NCBI GenBank assembly: GCA_965240325.2 | Contig: OZ251233.1 | Coordinates: forward strand, 248,001 to 312,000 | Length of the DNA stretch: 64,000 nucleotides | Reading direction: 5' to 3' | Source of the DNA: Rebecca billardiae RCC1528 | Lineage: Eukaryota; Protista; Haptophyta | Part shown: piece after piece, positions 47,935 to 59,900 of the stretch | Layout of the letters: every line of letters starts with the position of its first letter | How positions within the stretch are numbered: the stretch's first letter is position 1 | Position numbers and translations under genes: made by a program | Notes under the pieces: generated by a model | Seen by the model: only the letters and a program-made list of their open reading frames with translations | Databases searched by the model: none | Told to the model about the DNA's origin: nothing

Positions 47935-50900
47935 CATCCTTGCTGCACATGCTCGCTACGAGCCGCGCTGCATGCCGCGCCGCCGCCACTCCTCACGGCC
48001 GCGCGCCCGCAGGGCTGCGGCTCCGCAGCCAAGCCGCAGCCCTGCGGCCGCAGGCCTGCGGTGGCCCAGCAGGCTGCTGCTGCTGCTCGGCTCAGTCGCG
48101 CGGCTCGAGGCGAGCGGGAGAGCGGGTACCGGCGGTGTCGAGTGGCGCGTCCTCGACGCCCATGCTCGCTCCGAGCCGCGCTGTATGCCGCGCCGCCGCC
48201 ACTCCTCACGCCCGCGCGCCCGCACGGCTGCGGCATCGCGCCCGAGCCGCAGCCCTGCGACCGCAGGCCTGCGGTGGCCCAGCAGGCTGCTGCTGCTGCT
48301 CGGCTCAGTCGCGCGGCGCGGGGCGAGCGGGAGAGCGGGTGGCGGCGGTGCTGATTGGCGCGTCCTCGACGCCCATGCTCGCTCCGAGCCGCGCTGCATG
48401 CCGCGCCGCCGCCACTCCTCACGCCCGCGCGCCCGCAGGGCTGCGGCTCCGCGCCCGAGCCGCAGGCCTGCGGCCGCAGGCCTGCGGTGGCCCAGCAGGC
48501 TGCTGCTGCTCGGCTCAGTCGCGCGGCGCGGGGCGAGCGGGAGAGCGGGTTGCGGCGGTGCTGAGTGGCGCGTCCTCGACGCCCATGCTCGCTCCGAGCC
48601 GCGCTGCATGCCGCGCTGCCGCCACTCCTCACGCCCGCGCGCCCGCAGGGCTGCGGCTCCGCGCCCGAGCCGCAGCCCTGCGGCCGCAGGCCTGCGGTGG
48701 CCGAGCAGGCTGCTGCTGCTGCTCGGCTCAGTCGCGCAGCGCGAGGCGAGCGGGAGAGTGGGTGGCGGCGGTGCTGATTGGCGCGTCCTCGCCGTCCATG
48801 CTCGCTCCGAGCCGCGCTGCATGCCGCGCCGCCGCCACTCCTCACGCCCGCGCGCCCGCAGGGCTGCGGCTCCGCGGCCGAGCCGCAGCCGTGCGGCCGC
48901 AGGCCTGCGGCCGCAGGCCTGCGGTGGCAAAGCAGGCTGCTGCTGCTGCTCGGCTCAGTCGCGCGGCGCGGGGCGAGCGGGAGAGCGGGTGGCGGCGGTG
49001 CTGAGTGGCGCGCCCTCGACGCCCATGCTCGCTCCGCGGCGCGCTGCATGCCGCGCCGGCGCCACTCCTCACGCCCGCGCGCCCGCAGGGCTGCGGCTCC
49101 GCGCCCGAGCCGCAGCCCTGCGGCCGCAGCCCTGCGTCCGCAGGCCTGCGGTGGCCCAGCAGGCTGCTGCTGCTGCTCGGCTCAGTCGCGCGGCTCGAGG
49201 CGAGCGGGAGGGCAGGTGGCGGCGGTGGTGGAGGACGCGTCCTCGCCGTCCATGCTCGCTCCGAGCTGCGCTGCATGCCGCGCCGCCGCCACTCCTCACG
49301 CCCGCGCGCCCGCAGGGCTGCGGCTCCGCGCCCGAGCCGCAGCCCTGCGGCCGCAGCCCTGCGTCCGCAGGCCTGCGGTGGCCCAGCAGGCTGCTGCTGC
49401 TGCTCGGCTCAGTCACGCGGCGCGAGGCGAGAGGGCGGGCGGGTGGCGGCGGTGCTGAATGACGCGTCCTCGACGCCCATGCTCGCTCCGACCCGCGCTG
49501 CATGCCGCGCCGCCGCCACTCCTCACGCCCGCGCGCCCGCAGGGCTGCGGCTCCGCGCCCGAGCCGCAGCCCTGCGGCCGCAGGCCTGCGGCCGCAGGCC
49601 TGCGGTGGCCCAGCAGGCTGCTGCTGCTGCTCGGCTCAGTCGCGCGGCGCGAGGCGAGAGGGCGGGCGGGTGGCGGCGGTGCTGAGCGGCGCGTCCTCGC
49701 CGTCCATGCTCGCTCCGAGCTGCGCTGCATGCCGCGCCGCCGCCACTCCTCACGCCCGCGCGCCCGCAGGGCTGCGGCTCCGCGCCCGAGCCGCAGCCCT
49801 GCGGCCGCAGCCCTGCGTCCGCAGGCCTGCGGTGGCCCAGCAGGCTGCTGCTGCTGCTCGGCTCAGTCACGCGGCGCGAGGCGAGACGGCGGGCGGGTGG
49901 CGGCGGTGCCGAATGACGCGTCCTCGACGCCCATGCTCGCTCCGACCCGCGCTGCATGCCGCGCCGCCGCCACTCCTCACGCCCGCGCGCCCGCAGGGCT
50001 GCGGCTCCGCGCCCGAGCCGCAGCCCTGCGGCCGCAGGCCTGCGGCCGCAGGCCTGCGGTGGCCCAGCAGGCTGCTGCTGCTGCTCGGCTCAGTCACGCG
50101 GCGCGAGGCGAGAGGGCGGGCGGGTGGCGGCGGTGCTGAGCGGCGCGTCCTCGACGACCATGCTCGCTCCGACCCGCGCCGCCGCCACTCCTCACGGCCG
50201 CGCGCCCACAGGGCTGCGGCTCCGCGACCGAGCCGCAGGGCTGCGGCCGCAGGAGGCTGCTGCTGCTGCTCGGCTCAGTCGCGCGGCGCGAGGCGAGCGG
50301 GCAGGCGGGTGGCAGCGGTGCTGATTGGCGCGTCTTCGACGCCCATGCTCGCTCCGAGCCGTGCTGCATGCCGCGCCGCCGCCACTCCTCACGGCCGCGC
50401 GCCCGCAGGGCTGCGGCTTCGCGCCCGAGCCGCAGCCCTGCGGCGCAGGCCTGCGGCCGCAGCCCTGCGGCCGCAGCCCTGCGGCCGCAGGCCTGCGGTG
50501 GCCCAGCAGGCTGCTGCTGCGGCTCGGCCCACTCGCGCGGCGTGAGGCGATTGACGCGTCCTCGACGCCCATGCTCGCTCCGAGCCGCGCTGCACGCCGC
50601 GCCGCCGCCACTCCTCACGGCCGCGCGCCCGCAGGGCTGCGGCTCCGCGACCGAGCCGAAGGGCTGCGGCCGCAGGCCTGCGGCCGCAGCCCTGCGGAAG
50701 CAGGCTGATGCTGCTGCTCGGCTCAGTCGCGCGGCGCGAGGCGAGCGGGCGGGCGGGTGGCCGCGGTGCTGATTGGCGCGTCCTCGACGCCCATGCTCGC
50801 TCCGAGCCGCGCTGCATGACGCGCCGCCGCCGCTCCTCACGGCCGCGCGCCCGCAGGGCTGCGGCTTCGCGCCCGAGCCGCAGCCCTGCGGCGCAGGCCT

Positions 50901-53900
50901 GCGGCCGCAGGCTTGCGGAAGCAGGCTGGTGCTGCTGCTCGGCTCAGTCGTGCGGCGCGAGGCGAGCGGGCAGGCGGGTGGCAGCGGTGCTGATTGGCGC
51001 GTCCTTGACGCCCATGCTCGCTCCGAGCCGCGCTGCACGCCGCGCCGCCGCCACTCCTCACGGCCGCGCGCCCGCAGGGCTGCGGCTCCGCGCCCGAGCC
51101 GCAGCCCTGCGGCCGCAGCCCTGCGGCCGCAGCCCTGCGGCCGCAGGCCTGCGCTGGCCCAGCAGGCTGCTGCTGCTGCTCGGCTCAGTCGCGTGGCGCG
51201 AGGCGATTGGCGCGTCCTCGACGCCCATGCTCGCTCCGAGCCGCGCTGCACGCCGCGCCGCCGCCACTCCTCACGGCCGCGCGCCCGCAGGGCTGCGGCT
51301 TCGCGCCCGAGCCGCAGCCCTGCGGCGCAGGCCTGCGGCCGCAGGCTTGCGGAAGCAGGCTGGTGCTGCTGCTCGGCTCAGTCGTGCGGCGCGAGGCGAG
51401 CGGGCAGGCGGGTGGCAGCGGTGCTGATTGGCGCGTCCTTGACGCCCATGCTCGCTCCGAGCCGCGCTGCACGCCGCGCCGCCGCCACTCCTCACGGCCG
51501 CGCGCCCGCAGGGCTGCGGCTCCGCGCCCGAGCCGCAGCCCTGCGGCCGCAGCCCTGCGGCCGCAGCCCTGCGGCCGCAGGCCTGCGGTGGCCCAGCAGG
51601 CTGCTGCTGCTGCTCGGCTCAGTCGCGTGGCGCGAGGCGATTGACGCGTCCTCGACGCCCATGCTCGCTCCGAGCCGCGCTGCACGCCGCGCCGCCGCCA
51701 CTCCTCACGGCCGCGCGCCCGCAGGGCTGCGGCTCCGCGCCCGAGCCGCAGCCCTGCGGCCGCAGCCCTGCGGCCGCAGCCCTGCGGCCGCAGGCCTGCG
51801 CTGGCCCAGCAGGCTGCTGCTGCTGCTCGGCTCACTCGCGCGGCGCGAGGCGATTGGCGCGTCCTCGACGCCCATGCTCGCTCCGAGCCGCGCTGCACGC
51901 CGCGCCGCCGCCACTCCTCACGGCCGCGCGCCCGCAGGGCTGCGGCTTCGCGCCCGAGCCGCAGCCCTGCGGCGCAGGCCTGCGGCCGCAGGCTTGCGGA
52001 AGCAGGCTGCTGCTGCTGCTCGGCTCAGTCGTGCGGCGCGAGGCGAGCGGGCAGGCGGGTGGCAGCGGTGCTGATTGGCGCGTCCTGGACGCCCATGCTC
52101 GCTCCGAGCCGCGCTGCACGCCGCGCTGCCGCCACTCCTCACGGCCGCGCGCCCGCTGGGCTGCGGCTCCGCGCCCGAGCCGCAGCCCTGCGGCCGCAGC
52201 CCTGCGGCCGCAGCCCTGCGGCCGCAGCCCTGCGGCCGCAGGCCTGCGGTGGCCCAGCAGGCTGCTGCTGCTGCTCGGCTCAGTCGCGCGGCGCGAGGCG
52301 ATTGGCGCGTCCTCGACGCCCATGCTCGCTCCGAGCCGCGCTGCATGACGCGCCGCCGCTGCTCCTCACGGCCGCGCGCCCGCAGGGCTGCGGCTTCGCG
52401 CCCGAGCCGCAGCCCTGCGGCGCAGGCCTGCGGCCGCAGGCTTGCGGAAGCAGGCTGCTGCTGCTGCTCGGCTCAGTCGTGCGGCGCGAGGCGAGCGGGC
52501 AGGCGGGTGGCAGCGGTGCTGATTGGCGCGTCCTCGACGCCCATGCTCGCTCCGAGCCGCGCTGCACGCCGCACCGCCGCCACTCCTCACGGCCGCGCGC
52601 CCGCAGGGCTGCGGCTCCGCGCCCGAGCCGCAGCCCTGCGGCCGCAGCCCTGCGGCCGCAGCCCTGCGGAAGCAGGCTGCTGCTGCTGCTCGGCTCAGTC
52701 GTGCGGCGCGAGGCGATTGGCGCGTCCTCGACGCCCATGCTCGCTCCGAGCCGCGCTGCATGACGCGCCGCCGCCGCTCCTCACGGCCGCGCGCCCGCAG
52801 GGCTGCGCCTCCGCGCCCGAGCCGCAGCCCTGCGGCCGCAGCCCTGCGGCCGCAGGCCTGCGCTGGCCCAGCAGGCTGCTGCTGCTGCTCGGCTCACTCG
52901 CGCGGCGCGAGGCGATTGGCGCGTCCTCGACGCCCATGCTCGCTCCGAGCCGCGCTGCATGACGCGCCGCCGCTGCTCCTCACGGCCGCGCGCCCGCAGG
53001 GCTGCGGCTTCGCGCCCGAGCCGCAGCCCTGCGGCGCAGGCCTGCGGCCGCAGGCTTGCGGAAGCAGGCTGCTGCTGCTGCTCGGCTCAGTCGTGCGGCG
53101 CGAGGCGAGCGGGCAGGCGGGTGGCAGCGGTGCTGATTGGCGCGTCCTCGACGCCCATGCTCGCTCCGAGCCGCGCTGCACGCCGCGCCGCCGCCACTGC
53201 TCACGGCCGCGCGCCCGCTGGGCTGCGGCTCCGCGCCCGAGCCGCAGCCCTGCGGCCGCAGCCCTGCGGCCGCAGCCCTGCGGCCGCAGGCCTGCGGTGG
53301 CCCAGCAGGCTGCTGCTGCTGCTCGGCTCAGTCGCGTGGCGCGAGGCGATTGGCGCGTCCTCGACGCCCATGCTCGCTCCGAGCCGCGCTGCACGCCGCG
53401 CCGCCGCCACTCCTCACGGCCGCGCGCCCGCAGGGCTGCGGCTTCGCGCCCGAGCCGCAGCCCTGCGGCGCAGGCCTGCGGCCGCAGGCTTGCGGAAGCA
53501 GGCTGGTGCTGCTGCTCGGCTCAGTCGTGCGGCGCGAGGCGAGCGGGCAGGCGGGTGGCAGCGGTGCTGATTGGCGCGTCCTTGACGCCCATGCTCGCTC
53601 CGAGCCGCGCTGCACGCCGCGCCGCCGCCACTCCTCACGGCCGCGCGCCCGCAGGGCTGCGGCTCCGCGCCCGAGCCGCAGCCCTGCGGCCGCAGCCCTG
53701 CGGCCGCAGCCCTGCGGCCGCAGGCCTGCGGTGGCCCAGCAGGCTGCTGCTGCTGCTCGGCTCAGTCGCGTGGCGCGAGGCGATTGGCGCGTCCTCGACG
53801 CCCATGCTCGCTCCGAGCCGCGCTGCACGCCGCGCCGCCGCCACTCCTCACGGCCGCGCGCCCGCAGGGCTGCGGCTTCGCGCCCGAGCCGCAGCCCTGC

Positions 53901-56900
53901 GGCGCAGGCCTGCGGCCGCAGGCTTGCGGAGGCAGGCTGCTGCTGCTGCTCGGCTCAGTCGTGCGGCGCGAGGCGAGCGGGCAGGCGGGTGGCAGCGGTG
54001 CTGATTGGCGCGTCCTGGACGCCCATGCTCGCTCCGAGCCGCGCTGCACGCCGCGCCGCCGCCACTCCTCACGGCCGCGCGCCCGCTGGGCTGCGGCTCC
54101 GCGCCCGAGCCGCAGCCCTGCGGCCGCAGCCCTGCGGCCGCAGCCCTGCGGCCGCAGGCCTGCGGTGGCCCAGCAGGCTGCTGCTGCTGCTCGGCTCAGT
54201 CGCGCGGCGCGAGGCGATTGGCGCGTCCTCGACGCCCATGCTCGCTCCGAGCCGCGCTGCATGACGCGCCGCCGCTGCTCCTCACGGCCGCGCGCCCGCA
54301 GGGCTGCGGCTTCGCGCCCGAGCCGCAGCCCTGCGGCGCAGGCCTGCGGCCGCAGGCTTGCGGAAGCAGGCTGCTGCTGCTGCTCGGCTCAGTCGTGCGG
54401 CGCGAGGCGAGCGGGCAGGCGGGTGGCAGCGGTGCTGATTGGCGCGTCCTCGACGCCCATGCTCGCTCCGAGCCGCGCTGCACGCCGCGCCGCCGCCACT
54501 CCTCACGGCCGCGCGCCCGCTGGGCTGCGGCTCCGCGCCCGAGCCGCAGCCCTGCGGCCGCAGCCCTGCGGCCGCAGCCCTGCGGCCGCAGGCCTGCGGT
54601 GGCCCAGCAGGCTGCTGCTGCTGCTCGGCTCAGTCGCGTGGCGCGAGGCGATTGGCGCGTCCTCGACGCCCATGCTCGCTCCGAGCCGCGCTGCACGCCG
54701 CGCCGCCGCCACTCCTCACGGCCGCGCGCCCGCAGGGCTGCGGCTTCGCGCCCGAGCCGCAGCCCTGCGGCGCAGGCCTGCGGCCGCAGGCTTGCGGAAG
54801 CAGGCTGGTGCTGCTGCTCGGCTCAGTCGTGCGGCGCGAGGCGAGCGGGCAGGTGGGTGGCAGCGGTGCTGATTGGCGCGTCCTTGACGCCCATGCTCGC
54901 TCCGAGCCGCGCTGCACGCCGCGCCGCCGCCACTCCTCACGGCCGCGCGCCCGCAGGGCTGCGGCTCCGCGCCCGAGCCGCAGCCCTGCGGCCGCAGCCC
55001 TGCGGCCGCAGCCCTGCGGCCGCAGGCCTGCGCTGGCCCAGCAGGCTGCTGCTGCTGCTCGGCTCAGTCGCGTGGCGCGAGGCGATTGGCGCGTCCTCGA
55101 CGCCCATGCTCGCTCCGAGCCGCGCTGCACGCCGCGCCGCCGCCACTCCTCACGGCCGCGCGCCCGCAGGGCTGCGGCTCCGCGCCCGAGCCGCAGCCCT
55201 GCGGCCGCAGCCCTGCGGCCGCAGCCCTGCGGCCGCAGGCCTGCGCTGGCCCAGCAGGCTGCTGCTGCTGCTCGGCTCACTCGCGCGGCGCGAGGCGATT
55301 GGCGCGTCCTCGACGCCCATGCTCGCTCCGAGCCGCGCTGCACGCCGCGCCGCCGCCACTCCTCACGGCCGCGCGCCCGCAGGGCTGCGGCTTCGCGCCC
55401 GAGCCGCAGCCCTGCGGCGCAGGCCTGCGGCCGCAGGCTTGCGGAAGCAGGCTGCTGCTGCTGCTCGGCTCAGTCGTGCGGCGCGAGGCGAGCGGGCAGG
55501 CGGGTGGCAGCGGTGCTGATTGGCGCGTCCTGGACGCCCATGCTCGCTCCGAGCCGCGCTGCACGCCGCGCCGCCGCCACTCCTCACGGCCGCGCGCCCG
55601 CTGGGCTGCGGCTCCGCGCCCGAGCCGCAGCCCTGCGGCCGCAGCCCTGCGGCCGCAGCCCTGCGGCCGCAGGCCTGCGGTGGCCCAGCAGGCTGCTGCT
55701 GCTGCTCGGCTCAGTCGCGCGGCGCGAGGCGATTGGCGCGTCCTCGACGCCCATGCTCGCTCCGAGCCGCGCTGCATGACGCGCCGCCGCTGCTCCTCAC
55801 GGCCGCGCGCCCGCAGGGCTGCGGCTTCGCGCCCGAGCCGCAGCCCTGCGGCGCAGGCCTGCGGCCGCAGGCTTGCGGAAGCAGGCTGCTGCTGCTGCTC
55901 GGCTCAGTCGTGCGGCGCGAGGCGAGCGGGCAGGCGGGTGGCAGCGGTGCTGATTGGCGCGTCCTCGACGCCCATGCTCGCTCCGAGCCGCGCTGCACGC
56001 CGCGCCGCCGCCACTCCTCACGGCCGCGCGCCCGCAGGGCTGCGGCTCCGCGCCCGAGCCGCAGCCCTGCGGCCGCAGCCCTGCGGCCGCAGCCCTGCGG
56101 AAGCAGGCTGCTGCTGCTGCTCGGCTCAGTCGTGCGGCGCGAGGCGAGCGGGCAGGCGGGTGGCAGCGGTGCTGATTGGCGCGTTTCCGACGCCCATGCT
56201 CGCTCCGAGCCGCGCTGCATGACGCGCCGCCGCCGCTCCTCACGGCCGCGCGCCCGCAGGGCTGCGCCTCCGCGCCCGAGCCGCAGCCCTGCGGCCGCAG
56301 CCCTGCGGCCGCAGGCCTGCGCTGGCCCAGCAGGCTGCTGCTGCTGCTCGGCTCACTCGCGCGGCGCGAGGCGATTGGCGCGTCCTCGACGCCCATGCTC
56401 GCTCCGAGCCGCGCTGCATGACGCGCCGCCGCTGCTCCTCACGGCCGCGCGCCCGCAGGGCTGCGGCTTCGCGCCCGAGCCGCAGCCCTGCGGCGCAGGC
56501 CTGCGGCCGCAGGCTTGCGGAAGCAGGCTGCTGCTGCTGCTCGGCTCAGTCGTGCGGCGCGAGGCGAGCGGGCAGGCGGGTGGCAGCGGTGCTGATTGGC
56601 GCGTCCTCGACGCCCATGCTCGCTCCGAGCCGCGCTGCACGCCGCGCCGCCGCCACTCCTCACGGCCGCGCGCCAGCTGGGCTGCGGCTCCGCGCCCGAG
56701 CCGCAGCCCTGCGGCCGCAGCCCTGCGGCCGCAGCCCTGCGGCCGCAGGCCTGCGGTGGCCCAGCAGGCTGCTGCTGCTGCTCGGCTCACTCGCGCGGCG
56801 CGAGGCGATTGGCGCGTCCTCGACGCCCATGCTCGCTCCGAGCCGCGCTGCACGCCGCGCCGCCGCCACTCCTCACGGCCGCGCGCCCGCAGGGCTGCGG

Positions 56901-59900
56901 CTCCGCGCCCGAGCCGCAGCCCTGCGGCCGCAGCCCTGCGGCCGCAGCCCTGCGGCCGCAGGCCTGCGCTGGCCCAGCAGGCTGCTGCTGCTGCTCGGCT
57001 CACTCGGGCGGCGCGAGGCGATTGGCGCGTCCTCGACGCCCATGCTCGCTTCGAGCCGCGCTGCACGCCGCGCCGCCGCCACTCCTCACGGCCGCGCGCC
57101 CGCAGGGCTGCGGCTCCGCGCCCGAGCCGCAGCCCTGCGGCCGCAGCGCTGCGGCCGCAGCCCTGCGGCCGCAGGCCTGCGGTGGCCCAGCAGGCTGCTG
57201 CTGCTGCTCGGCCCACTCGCGCGGCGCGAGGCGATTGGTGCGTCCTCGACGCCCATGCTCGCTCCGAGCCGCGCTGCACGCCGCGCCGCCGCCACTGCTC
57301 ACGGCCGCGCGCCCGCAGGGCTGCGGCTTCGCGCCCGAGCCGCAGCCCTGCGGCCGCAGGCCTGCGGCCGCAGGCCTGCGGAAGCAGGCTGCTGCTGCTG
57401 CTCGGCTCAGTCGTGCGGCGCGAGGCGAGCGGGCAGGCGGGTGGCAGTGGTGCTGATTGGCGCGTCCTCGACGCCCATGCTCGCTCCGAGCCGCGCTGCA
57501 TGCCACGCCGCCGCCACTCCTCACAGCCGCGCGCCCGCAGGGCTGCGGCTCCGCGCCCGAGCCGCAGCCCTGCGGCCGCAGCCCTGCGGCCGCAGGCCTG
57601 CGGCCGCAGGCCTGCGGTGGCCCAGCAGGCTTCTGCTGCTGCTCGGCTCAGTCGCGCGGCGCGAGGCGATCGGTGCGTCCTCGACGCCCATGCTGGCTCC
57701 GAGCCGCGCTGCATGCCGCGCCGCCGCCACTCCTCACGGCCGCGCGCCCGCAGGGCTGCGGCTCCGCGCCCGAGCCGCAGCCCTGCGGCCGCAGCCCTGC
57801 GGCCGCAGCCCTGCGGCCGCAGGCCTGCGGTGGCCCAGCAGGCTGCTGCTGCTGCTCGGCTCACTCGCGCGGCGCGAGGCGATTGGCGCGTCCTCGACGC
57901 CCATGCTCGCTCCGAGCCGCGCTGCACGCCGCGCCGCCGCCGCTCCTCACGGCCGCGCGCCCGCAGGGCTGCGGCTCCGCGCCCGAGCCGCAGCCCTGCG
58001 GCCGCAGCGCTGCGGCCGCAGCCCTGCGGCCGCAGGCCTGCGGTGGCCCAGCAGGCTGCTGCTGCTGCTCGGCCCACTCGCGCGGCGCGAGGCGATTGGT
58101 GCGTCCTCGACGCCCATGCTCGCTCCGAGCCGCGCTGCACGCCGCGCCGCCGCCACTCCTCACGGCCGCGCGCCCGCAGGGCTGCGGCTTCGCGCCCGAG
58201 CCGCAGCCCTGCGGCCGCAGGCCTGCGGCCGCAGGCCTGCGGAAGCAGGCTGCTGCTGCTGCTCGGCTCAGTCGTGCGGCGCGAGGCGAGCGGGCAGGCG
58301 GGTGGCAGTGGTGCTGATTGGCGCGTCCTCGACGCCCATGCTCGCTCCGAGCCGCGCTGCATGCCACGCCGCCGCCACTCCTCACGGCCGCGCGCCCGCA
58401 GGGCTGCGGCTCCGCGCCCGAGCCGCAGCCCTGCGGCCGCAGCCCTGCGGCCGCAGGCCTGCGGCCGCAGGCCTGCGGTGGCCCAGCAGGCTTCTGCTGC
58501 TGCTCGGCTCAGTCGCGCGGCGCGAGGCGATTGGCGCGTCCTCGACGCCCATGCTGGCTCCGAGCCGCGCTGCATGCCGCGCCGCCGCCACTCCTCACGG
58601 CCGCGCGCCCGCAGGGCTGCGGCTCCGCGCCCGAGCCGCAGCCCTGCGGCCGCAGCCCTGCGGCCGCAGCCCTGCGGCCGCAGGCCTGCGGTGGCCCAGC
58701 AGGCTGCTGCTGCTGCTCGGCTCACTCGCGCGGCGCGAGGCGATTGGCGCGTCCTCGACGCCCATGCTCGCTCCGAGCCGCGCTGCACGCCGCGCCGCCG
58801 CCACTCCTCACGGCCGCGCGCCCGCAGGGCTGCGCCTCCGCGCCCGAGCCGCAGCCCTGCGGCCGCAGCGCTGCGGCCGCAGGCCTGCGCTGGCCCAGCA
58901 GGCTGCTGCTGCTGCTCGGCTCAGTCGCGCGGCGAGCGTGCGGGCGGCTGGCGGTGGTGCTGGATGGCGCGTCCTCGACGCCCATGCTCGCTCCGAGCCG
59001 CGCTGCACGCCGCGCCGCCGCCACTCCTCACGGCCGCGCGCCCGCAGGGCTGCGGCTCCGCGCCCGAGCCGCAGCCCTGCGGCCGCAGCGCTGCGGCCGC
59101 AGCCCTGCGGCCGCAGGCCTGCGGTGGCCCAGCAGGCTGCTGCTGCTGCTCGATTCACTCGCGCGGCGCGAGGCGATTGGCGGGTCCTCGACGCCCATGC
59201 TCGCTCCGAGCCGCACTGCATGCCGCTCCGCCGCCACTCCTCACGGCCGCGCGCCCACAGGGCTGCGGCTCCGCGACCGAGCCGAAGGGCTGCGGCCGCA
59301 GGCCTGCGGCCGCAGCCCTGCGGAAGCAGGCTGATGCTGCTGCTCGGCTCAGTCGCGTGGCGCGAGGCGAGCGGGCGGGCGGTAGCCGCGGTGCTGATTG
59401 GCGCGTCCTCGACGCCCATGCTCGCTCAGAGCCGCGCTGCATGACGCGCCGCCGCCGCTCCTCACGGCCGCGCGCCCGCAGGGCTGCGGCTTCGCGCCCG
59501 AGCCGCAGGCCTGCGGCCGCAGGCCTGCGGTGGCCCAGCAGGCTGCTGCTGCTGCTCGGCCCACTCGCGCGGCGCGCGGCGATTGGCGCGTCCTCGACGC
59601 CCATGCTCGCTCCGAGCCGCACTGCATGCTGCGCCGCCGCCACTCCTCACGGCCGCGCGCCCACAGGGCTGCGGCTCCGCGCCCGAGCCGCAGCCCTGCG
59701 GCCGCAGCCCTGCGGCCGCAGGCCTGCGGCCGCAGGCCTGCGCTGGCCCAGCAGGCTGCTGCTGCTGCTCGGCTCAGTCGCGCGGCGAGCGGGCGGGCGG
59801 CTGGCGGTGGTGCTGGATGGCGCGTCCTCGACGCCCATGCTCGCTCCGAGCCGCGCTGCACGCCGCGCCGCCGCCACTCCTCACGGCCGCGCGCCCGCAG

